A stretch of DNA of 59,296 nt from positions 1 to 59,296 of IMG/VR virus record IMGVR_UViG_3300044552_000050; one strand, written 5' to 3'. Shown here one piece after another: positions 34,656 to 42,064 of the stretch. Position numbers and translations under genes: made by a program. Each line of letters opens with the position of its first letter. The first letter of the stretch is position 1. Origin of the DNA: a virus. The notes beneath the pieces are model-generated. The model searched no databases. It was given only the letters and a program-made list of their open reading frames with translations, and was not told where the DNA came from.

Positions 34656-36160
34656 CCCCGGCGTTTCCCTCTCAATTTTGAACGGAGTTTGGCCCAACCG
34701 ACAGGGTTCTTGTACCCGCGCGCAACGGCCAAGTGATAAAAGTCTGCATAGTCCCGGCACATGCCTTCTTCCTTCACCTGCTTGGCGCGCTCGCGGCGCT
34801 TCAGTTCTTCTTTTTCAAGCTGGGTGAGTATGCCGTCTTTTTCGCTCACGCTGCGTGACTGGACGGGCTTCTCGTACCCACAGCCCGCACAGACGCGAGT
34901 GAGTGAATAGTTGATCCGGTAGCAATGCTCGCACTGCCATACCGGGTTATCTGACGACTTTGCGGCAGCCACGCGCTTCGCCGGGGCAGACAGCGACCAC
35001 TCAATTTCACTGTCGGGAAGGACGCCTGTACGCAGGGCATTTCCGCCGTGGTCACATATGACGGCGCGCGGCCATACGGGGGACAGGCGCAGCGCGCGGC
35101 CTGATGCCTGCCAGTTGAAAATCAGCGAGTTCGATATTCTCGCCATGCCGACATACTTGGTGTTCGGCACGTCAAAGCCTTCGCTGACGAGTCCCACATT
35201 GCAGAGGATGCGGGCCTTTTCGGTCGCGTAGGAGTCGATGGCCCGGTCCCGTTCGTCGTCCATCGTGCCGTCCGCATGCACTGCGCGGATACCGGCCCGG
35301 TTGAAAGCGTCCGTTAGATGCAGGCTGTGCTTCACGCTGGACGCGAAAATGATTCCCTGCATGCCGTCACCGAGCCGCTTGTAATGGTCAACCACGGACC
35401 CAACCAGTTCCGGCTTATCCATTCGGCGCGCGGTTTCGGCTTTATCAAGGTCGCCTGCAATCGTGCGGATACCGGACGCATCGGGCAGCCCTTCTGGGCC
35501 TGGGGCATAATAGTCGAACGGCGAGAGGAAACCCCATTCGATCAGGTCTGCCGTCGATGGGCCGATCAGCATGCAGTCGAACATATCGCCAAGCGGGCGA
35601 CCGTCGAGGCGTTGGGGTGTCGCGGTCAGGCCGACCATGCAGCGGTCGCCATACGCGCGCATGATGTTGGCCCATGATGAAGCTGTGGCGTGGTGCGCTT
35701 CGTCAATGATCGCCAGACCGGGCGGCAGGATAATATCGAGTCGGTTTACGAGGGTCTGAACGCTCGCAATCTGGTAAGGGGACGTGCCTATGGTCTTGCT
35801 GCCGGACACGATCAGGTCAGAGAATATGCCCACTTCTCTGAATGATTTATCCGTTTGCTTGATAAGTTCGCGGCGGTGGACAAGGAATTGTGAAGTCAGG
35901 TCTGAGCGCCGCGTTGCATCCATCAGGGCTTGGGCCAGCCGGGTTTTGCCGCCGCCGGTCGGCAGCACAACAAGGATGCGCCGAAAGCCAATCGAGAACA
36001 GCCGCGCTATCTCCAGCGCAAGGGATTCCTGATACCAGCGCAGCCCGTGTTCTTGCAGCCCAATCAGATTGAGCGGGTGCGGCGCGAAGTCGGCGGTGAG
36101 CGGGGCCAGTGTTGCACCGCTCAGAAGAATGGCCTTCCTCACGCAGCAAGCGCCCACCAC
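34652..36160 (-). CDS. SF2 DEAD/DEAH-box helicase with a C-terminal zinc ribbon
   Basis: Motifs LPTGGGKT, IIDEAHH, GLTATPQR, QASGRALR and CEHCY..CAGCG. An alternative GTG start at 36142 overlaps the polymerase stop as GTGA. Confidence 0.85.
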   Translation of the reverse strand: MVGACCVRKAILLSGATLAPLTADFAPHPLNLIGLQEHGLRWYQESLALEIARLFSIGFRRILVVLPTGGGKTRLAQALMDATRRSDLTSQFLVHRRELIKQTDKSFREVGIFSDLIVSGSKTIGTSPYQIASVQTLVNRLDIILPPGLAIIDEAHHATASSWANIMRAYGDRCMVGLTATPQRLDGRPLGDMFDCMLIGPSTADLIEWGFLSPFDYYAPGPEGLPDASGIRTIAGDLDKAETARRMDKPELVGSVVDHYKRLGDGMQGIIFASSVKHSLHLTDAFNRAGIRAVHADGTMDDERDRAIDSYATEKARILCNVGLVSEGFDVPNTKYVGMARISNSLIFNWQASGRALRLSPVWPRAVICDHGGNALRTGVLPDSEIEWSLSAPAKRVAAAKSSDNPVWQCEHCYRINYSLTRVCAGCGYEKPVQSRSVSEKDGILTQLEKEELKRRERAKQVKEEGMCRDYADFYHLAVARGYKNPVGWAKLRSKLRGKRRG

Positions 36161-38178
36161 ATCAGGGCGTTCTTTTTGGTCAAACGAATGGGCTTCACCG
36201 GCTTGGGCTTCTCGTAATACCCATAATCCTGAAGCGCCTCTGTCGCGGCCTGAATATACCTGTCATAATCCAGATCAGCGGGCAGATCGGCCATGTCGTC
36301 GGGCAAGTCCATGATCGGACGGCAGCCGTCAGACTTGGATACCTTCTTAAAATTGCCCGTGCTAGGGTGAGCACTGACATAAAAAATAGGCTGACCGCTT
36401 GTAGACCAATAGTAACGCACGACTTTTCCAAGATACTGCGAGTTTACAAGGTCAACCATTACATCCTGATAACCAGACGGAAGCACAGTATTGTCGGGCA
36501 TCAGTTTTTCATCGAAAAACTTTTCCACTATGACAGGCTCGCCCCAAACACCACCACCTTTGACGTTGACCACGGTGACGAAATCACGAATGTCACGGCA
36601 GTTGTGGATGGTTTCTTCGATTGGCGTTCCCTTGGTCATCAAATCAACCACGGCGTTCGATACCACGGTCATCTGCGGGTTTTTCATAAGCTGGGACCGG
36701 GTATCGCCTTCCCGCCAGGGATTAGCAATCGGACCCTTGCACTTGGCCGTTCCGTCCGTCTTCACAGCGACATAGGCGTTGACGCTGGAATTGTAGAGCG
36801 ACCGATAGTGGGTGTCTTCAAGCGTAAACCCTGTGGCCATTTCCCATGCCTTCGTGATTTCGTACAGGCGTGGTTTCAGGTGCTTCGGGCAACGGAACAC
36901 CGCGCCATCCGTGTTTGCGCTAACAACGGGAATGCGCTCGCGCTCTGCTGCATCAATCAGCATGAGCAATGATAGCTGGCCTGTAATCGTGACGAACAGA
37001 AGAAGGTCGGGCGCATAAAGAACAGAATAGATAGAGCCTAGCTTCCCGAAGGCTCCGTTAAGCTGAATTTTACCACCTTTATCGACAACTTTTAGCGCGG
37101 ATATTTCTGATTTACTTAGTAAATCGGAGTAGTTCTGCAATTTATGTTTTGCACCAAGACGCTCTTTGCGAATCCCATCGTAAATTTCGAGGAAGATTGG
37201 CCCGATCGCCTTGGGATACAGGCCTGAATTGAGGATGATCGCCGGATAGTAGCTGGCAACGTCGAAGTCGATCAGTTCATTTTCGTCATCAGCATGAACC
37301 GCGCGGTTTGCCTCGGTAGAATGGAGTCCGCCGATACCGATTGCGTATGTTGTTTCGCCAATTGTGATCTTCCGGCCATCCAGCCAGTCAGGCAGGTTGG
37401 CCTTACCCTTGCTGTCGGTACGGAACGTGGTGTCCTTCAGCCGCGCGACAATTTCCTGCAACTCAGGATTTCGGAACTTCAGGTAATCAGGCGGTGTGTA
37501 TTTGAAGGCTTCGCCGCCCACGGTGTCGCGCTTATAGATACGGCGGTTCAGGTGTTCTTCGGCGCGCAGGCGAATGATGGCCTCGCCAATCTGCGCGTCG
37601 GATTTTGAGCGGAAATCACGCCTGTATTTTGCGGAAAGCTGGTCACGCAACTGAAGGTCTGGTTCAAGCGCGCGGTACAGGTTGCATGTGGCCTCTAGGT
37701 CGTTTTCCATATAGGCCAAGACTTCATCACGCTCTTTATCGCTCAGAACGTGGTCAGGCGGATATGGCAAGTCCTGCATCTTGCGCCCGTGCAACCGACC
37801 TTGCAGGGTCTTCAGACTGGCAAACGCATTTGGCTGCGGTTCCATCAGGTCGATATGGTCTAGGCGTGGAATGCTGATTCCAAGTACGTTTTCGACCTGC
37901 CAGTATTTGAGGCCGCCTGTGATAATGCGGTCTGCCGCGTCCTTGATGACGCCACACGACGCGCCTTCGCCTGCCAGGGTGATGATAGGCAGGTCGAAGT
38001 TCAAGCCGTTATAGGTGATGATGGTGTTGTTCTTCATCAGCGCGGTCATGCGGGCCGTGTCCATCGTGCCGTCTGGCTGCCTGAACATCGTGACAGTCTT
38101 ACCGTCTGAAACCCTGCGAAAACCTATGGAAAACAAATTCGGATACGTTTCTGTATCCACAATGAGAACATCGCCCAT
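36139..38178 (-). CDS. DNA polymerase with 3'-5' exonuclease and family-B-like motifs
   Basis: Exo I VDTET. Motif A-like DFDVASYYPAI, motif B-like KIQLNGAFGKLG, motif C-like SANTDGAVF. Confidence 0.75.
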   Translation of the reverse strand: MGDVLIVDTETYPNLFSIGFRRVSDGKTVTMFRQPDGTMDTARMTALMKNNTIITYNGLNFDLPIITLAGEGASCGVIKDAADRIITGGLKYWQVENVLGISIPRLDHIDLMEPQPNAFASLKTLQGRLHGRKMQDLPYPPDHVLSDKERDEVLAYMENDLEATCNLYRALEPDLQLRDQLSAKYRRDFRSKSDAQIGEAIIRLRAEEHLNRRIYKRDTVGGEAFKYTPPDYLKFRNPELQEIVARLKDTTFRTDSKGKANLPDWLDGRKITIGETTYAIGIGGLHSTEANRAVHADDENELIDFDVASYYPAIILNSGLYPKAIGPIFLEIYDGIRKERLGAKHKLQNYSDLLSKSEISALKVVDKGGKIQLNGAFGKLGSIYSVLYAPDLLLFVTITGQLSLLMLIDAAERERIPVVSANTDGAVFRCPKHLKPRLYEITKAWEMATGFTLEDTHYRSLYNSSVNAYVAVKTDGTAKCKGPIANPWREGDTRSQLMKNPQMTVVSNAVVDLMTKGTPIEETIHNCRDIRDFVTVVNVKGGGVWGEPVIVEKFFDEKLMPDNTVLPSGYQDVMVDLVNSQYLGKVVRYYWSTSGQPIFYVSAHPSTGNFKKVSKSDGCRPIMDLPDDMADLPADLDYDRYIQAATEALQDYGYYEKPKPVKPIRLTKKNALMWWALAA

Positions 38179-38278
38179 GACTTTTTCCGTAATTTATTCA
38201 TCGCAATTTCAGGATGCAGACCTGAAATCCGACAAAACGAAAATCACGTAATCGCCTTGTCGGATTTCATGTGTGATA

Positions 38279-38297
38279 AATCACGTATAAAGTGAGT
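38279..38297 (-). promoter_or_regulatory. ACTCAC-N7-GTGATT dyad, copy f
   Basis: Sense strand reads CAACTCACTTTATACGTGATT, in the 156-nt structured gap upstream of the polymerase gene. Confidence 0.55.
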
Positions 38298-38334
38298 TGT
38301 GGCCCGGCAGAAAACTCTGACCGGGCCAACAAAA

Positions 38335-39021
38335 TCAGGCGAAGGGATCGTCACCGGCAGGTTCATCAATCGAACCGTTGCCGCCACCGACTTCTTCAGC
38401 GTCTTCGTCTTCATCCATTGCGTTATCGGCATCAACCGAGGACGCGCCGAATGCTTCACCGTGCCGTTTGAACTGCACCACTTCAATCGTGGCGTTCACA
38501 CGATCAGGGTTGTTACCCTTGCTGCCGTCATAGGCGTAAATGCGAACAATGGCATTCACATAGCAGCCTGCGTACACGTCTTCTTCAGCAAGGCGCGGGA
38601 ATTTCCCGTCCTTCCCTTTGCGCGGGCCGATGACCTGAATCGGGGATTTCAGATCTGAAGGCTTCTGCCCGTCACGCAGCTTGGCAGGACGACGGCAGGA
38701 CAGGAACATGCAACCTGCATACCCGTCGTACCGACCTTCCTTTTCCCCGGTTTCTTCATCTTCGTATTCGCCATCACGAAGACACAGTTTATCGGGGGAA
38801 ATGTGCTTTTTGACGCCCGGCCATTTGGCCTTGATGGCCTGCCGGACTGCCGCTTTCAGTGCGTCAATCTGGTCGGCCTGCTCAACCTTATCCAGCAGCA
38901 GGGTGCAACCGAACGAATAGCTTTTGTCGCCATTGTCGTTCGTGTTTTCCTGCGGGCTGAAAAGGTGAGGGAAGGACAGCCGAACGTCCTTCAGTTTCAG
39001 TTCAATGTTTGCATCAGCCAT
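38335..39021 (-). CDS. Single-stranded DNA-binding protein (DUF2815 family)
   Basis: LKDVRLSFPHLFSP... N-terminus typical of DUF2815. Acidic C-terminal tail ending DDPFA. Start taken at MADANIE. Confidence 0.7.
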   Translation of the reverse strand: MADANIELKLKDVRLSFPHLFSPQENTNDNGDKSYSFGCTLLLDKVEQADQIDALKAAVRQAIKAKWPGVKKHISPDKLCLRDGEYEDEETGEKEGRYDGYAGCMFLSCRRPAKLRDGQKPSDLKSPIQVIGPRKGKDGKFPRLAEEDVYAGCYVNAIVRIYAYDGSKGNNPDRVNATIEVVQFKRHGEAFGASSVDADNAMDEDEDAEEVGGGNGSIDEPAGDDPFA

Positions 39022-39032
39022 AACGGTTCCCT

Positions 39033-39233
39033 TTACGCGCTCTGAATGGCGGCGTTGTCTGCTTTGCACTTGGCAAAGATTGCTTCGATTTCTGCCGTGG
39101 TCGGGCCAGTGCCGGACTTCGACTGTTGGAGTGCGCTGACAACGGTGTCATAGGCTTCAGGGCCGTATTTCTCGGCCAGGGTGACAACGGTGCCGACCAC
39201 GCCAAGGATGGCGCTGATTTCTGCTGCGGTCAT
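39033..39233 (-). CDS. Small protein with a hydrophobic N-terminus
   Basis: 66 aa. ISAILGVVGTVVTLA segment. Confidence 0.5.
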   Translation of the reverse strand: MTAAEISAILGVVGTVVTLAEKYGPEAYDTVVSALQQSKSGTGPTTAEIEAIFAKCKADNAAIQSA

Positions 39234-39235
39234 GT

Positions 39236-39646
39236 TCAGTTACTCGCGGTTGTGGTGGACGTGGTGGATGCCGAAATTTCCTTACAGGCATCGGGGACGG
39301 TGCCGGATTTCAGACCGGACCAGCAGGCCGTGAACGAAGCAAGGTCGGCCTGAGCAGCAGCAACAGCCGTTTCGGTCACGGAGTCACCTGCTTCAACCGA
39401 CTTTTCCAAGGCGGAAATTTCGTTGAACACGGTCTGGCTGGCCGACTGGATCAGCAGCTTGTGTTCGGCGCTCACGGTGACGCCGGGAACCTTGCCAGCC
39501 AGAACGTCCGGCATCGGGTTGGCAATCAGATGGTATGCACTGTCGAGGTCATACACGGCCTGACGGAGTTTGCCCTGCGTGGTGTTCGCACAGGCGGCAA
39601 GAGACAGCGGCAGAACAACCGCGAAAACGACAAATAGGCGCTTCAT
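39236..39646 (-). CDS. Lipoprotein of unknown function
   Basis: Signal peptide MKRLFVVFAVVLPLSLAAC with a lipobox. Confidence 0.65.
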   Translation of the reverse strand: MKRLFVVFAVVLPLSLAACANTTQGKLRQAVYDLDSAYHLIANPMPDVLAGKVPGVTVSAEHKLLIQSASQTVFNEISALEKSVEAGDSVTETAVAAAQADLASFTACWSGLKSGTVPDACKEISASTTSTTTASN

Positions 39647-39954
39647 GATTTTGTGCTTTCAGAATCGGCATCCTTCGCAAGATGGGCTGCCATGTACGGA
39701 ACTGCGTACTTCACCGCACCCGCGCCGACGCGGACTACAGTATAGAGCGCAATGAGAACCTTGTTTGACTTGGGGGCCGGTACGGCAGCGACAATGCCGC
39801 CACACACCAGAAAAACACCAAGCGCATACAGGTCAACGGTGTACGGAAAATACGGCAGGACGCCCGCAACCAGTGTGACAATACCGGCGATTTTCGCGCC
39901 GTTCGCCACATTGGTAGCCGTTGTCGATTTCGTAGTCTCCGGGGAGTCAGTCAT
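39643..39954 (-). CDS. Multi-pass membrane protein (holin-like or exclusion-like)
   Basis: 103 aa, 2-3 hydrophobic helices, charged C-terminus. Confidence 0.55.
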   Translation of the reverse strand: MTDSPETTKSTTATNVANGAKIAGIVTLVAGVLPYFPYTVDLYALGVFLVCGGIVAAVPAPKSNKVLIALYTVVRVGAGAVKYAVPYMAAHLAKDADSESTKS

Positions 39955-41134
39955 CGGTATCTTCCTCCATTAAGGCATCTGCCAAAATGTACGCGGGCCT
40001 TGCGTCTGTCTCAGGGACAAGCGCAAGGGTTGGTTCAGGGTGAAGAATGTCCACGCCGAACAACCTCAGTGTTTCTTCATCGACCAAGGCCAATACCTGC
40101 TTGGGTGTCCGAAGGTCAGGCCGAAAGCCCGCGTCGCCAATCAGGCGGCGAATCGTTCCTTCTGCATCCTTGCGGTTTGCCCACTTAGCCGGATTGCGGC
40201 GACCGTGTACAGCCTTCAGGCCACCAGACGGCAGGCCCGCCACGGCATCGTACATTGCGCCGCCATGCAGGGTGTCGAGCCACTTTTCAAACATCGACCT
40301 GTGACGAATGATGAACGCGCGTCTTTCCGGGGTGAGTGTGTGAGGCTCAGGCAAAGAAACGTCGTCAAAAAGGTCGTCCAGATCGGTCATTTTCAGTGTC
40401 ACCACATCCAACATGAAGTCGTCAAACTCAGGACAGCCGGGCCGCGAGGCGCACAGCTTACACCAGCGGCAGGCAGACAGAGAGGGGATGCGCGGTGCAT
40501 CAGGCTCTTCGGCGCGCAGGGCTGCTTCGGTTGCTTCTGTTCCGAATTCCAGAAGGTCCGAAACCGTGATTTCCCATTCCCCGCCACCTTGGGCGTTGCG
40601 AGGCTGGTCCACGATAATCAGTATCTTCCCGGTTTTCGGGACAGAAATGCCCTTCACACGCAGGTATTCAAGAAACCCAAGCGCATAAAGGCGAAGCTGC
40701 TTATTACCTACTGCGTCAACCGCAACACCACGTCCCCATTTCAGGTCGCAAATAACGAAATAGTCGTCACGTACGATTGCTGCTCTATCCAGTGTCCCGA
40801 ATTGACCTTCACCAAGCCACTTCTGAAGATCGATGCGCATTTCAGTCATAACTGAATCGCCAAAAGACCTGATACGGTCCAGACCTGGCTGAAGGAATTG
40901 CGCGTCGTCGTCCGTCCAAGTGAAGGTAAAGCCGTTCAACTCGGACGTGACGCCGATAAAGTTTTCTGCTTTCTTCCCGTCACGCAGGCACATTTCCGAA
41001 ATGGAATGTGCAAACGTCCCCTCGGCAGCCGCTTCCGAAGTCGTATCGGTGCAGGCTGCGTTCTCGCGTGGATAGGCTGGACAGTTCATCCAACCTTCCG
41101 CCGACGACGGGCTAAGACGGGAATGCGCGTTCAT
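39947..41134 (-). CDS. PD-(D/E)xK exonuclease, DUF2800 (Cas4/RecB-like)
   Basis: HSRLSPSSAEGWMNCPAYP...EGTFAHS, the CDLKWGRG core, and a C-terminal Cys cluster CRWCKLCASRPGCPEF. Confidence 0.8.
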   Translation of the reverse strand: MNAHSRLSPSSAEGWMNCPAYPRENAACTDTTSEAAAEGTFAHSISEMCLRDGKKAENFIGVTSELNGFTFTWTDDDAQFLQPGLDRIRSFGDSVMTEMRIDLQKWLGEGQFGTLDRAAIVRDDYFVICDLKWGRGVAVDAVGNKQLRLYALGFLEYLRVKGISVPKTGKILIIVDQPRNAQGGGEWEITVSDLLEFGTEATEAALRAEEPDAPRIPSLSACRWCKLCASRPGCPEFDDFMLDVVTLKMTDLDDLFDDVSLPEPHTLTPERRAFIIRHRSMFEKWLDTLHGGAMYDAVAGLPSGGLKAVHGRRNPAKWANRKDAEGTIRRLIGDAGFRPDLRTPKQVLALVDEETLRLFGVDILHPEPTLALVPETDARPAYILADALMEEDTDD

Positions 41135-41137
41135 GGA

Positions 41138-41668
41138 TCAGGCGAACGGGTCTTCTTCGGCTTCGCCAGCAGCGTCAGCAGACTGGTTTTCCGGTGCATC
41201 AACGGCCTTCGTGAAATCGTACTCAGCGTTGAAATCGACTGGCAGCCCTGCCTTGACGCGGTTCACGAACCAAACAGCCTGCGCAATATGCTCTGGCTCA
41301 CTGATGCCTTCAGGACCCGTCAGCTTCGTGCAGCCGAAATGTTCGGCCATACCGTTCAGGAATTTGGTGAACTTGGTTTTGTCATCGCCCTTGAGGGACT
41401 GAAGATGCGGCAGAGCTATATCCTTCAGGTCGTCCTGCGTGACTTCCTTGGGTTTTGCTTCTTCCTTCGGCTTCTCGGTTTCGGTAGTCTTCGCGTTCTT
41501 GCCGCGACCTTTGGTTTCAACCTTGGTCACGGTGGCGCTTTCCAGTTTCGCCATTGCGGCCTGCTGACCTTCGACAACGCGGCTCAGAAGATCGTTGTTT
41601 TTTTCGGTCGCGGCGCGCGCCAGTTCAACTTCGGAAGTGAGTTTCGCAAGTGCCTGTTCGAGAGACAT
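41138..41668 (-). CDS. Hypothetical replication-module protein with an SSB-like acidic tail
   Basis: 176 aa, N-terminal coiled-coil, Lys/Glu-rich linker. C-terminus EAEEDPFA has the same tip as the SSB. Confidence 0.6.
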   Translation of the reverse strand: MSLEQALAKLTSEVELARAATEKNNDLLSRVVEGQQAAMAKLESATVTKVETKGRGKNAKTTETEKPKEEAKPKEVTQDDLKDIALPHLQSLKGDDKTKFTKFLNGMAEHFGCTKLTGPEGISEPEHIAQAVWFVNRVKAGLPVDFNAEYDFTKAVDAPENQSADAAGEAEEDPFA

Positions 41669-41698
41669 TTATCGGTTCCCTATAAGTAAATTGCATTC

Positions 41699-41727
41699 TT
41701 GTTACGTTAGAACAATTCACCTATAAC
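41699..41727 (+). promoter_or_regulatory. Candidate sigma70-type promoter for the rightward replication operon
   Basis: TTGTTA-N17-TATAAC. Dyad copy g overlaps the -10/+1 region. Confidence 0.4.
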
Positions 41728-41744
41728 TCACTCAACGAGTGAGT
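41726..41744. promoter_or_regulatory. ACTCAC-N7-GTGAGT dyad, copy g (extends to an 8-3-8 palindrome)
   Basis: ACTCACTCAACGAGTGAGT, in the divergent region between 41668 and 41771. Confidence 0.6.
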
Positions 41745-41770
41745 CCAAGCCCAAAAATGGAGCAATGTGA

Positions 41771-42064
41771 ATGTGGGTGCATAGCTGTGACGGGAAAGTG
41801 TTATCAGAGTTCTTGTGGAATAATCTGCACCATTTACGTGTTGACCTTGTTCCGAGGCGAGGATTGAAGGGCGTCAAACGTCTCGATCTCGCACCTGTTG
41901 TCGCTGTGACGGGGGTGAAACGATCTGCCCTGCTGGCCGCGCTGAAGGCCGGAAAAGTCCGGTACAGGCACATCAAGAGAATCCGCGAACTGGCGCTCAG
42001 TAAAGCGAGCAACAGGGTCGCGCCGATAGAAGATTGGCTGAAATTCGTATCGGAAGCTGACTAA
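41771..42064 (+). CDS. Hypothetical small basic protein (possible DNA-binding regulator)
   Basis: 97 aa. GGAG lies 8 nt upstream of the ATG. First gene of the rightward operon. Confidence 0.5.
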   Translation: MWVHSCDGKVLSEFLWNNLHHLRVDLVPRRGLKGVKRLDLAPVVAVTGVKRSALLAALKAGKVRYRHIKRIRELALSKASNRVAPIEDWLKFVSEAD

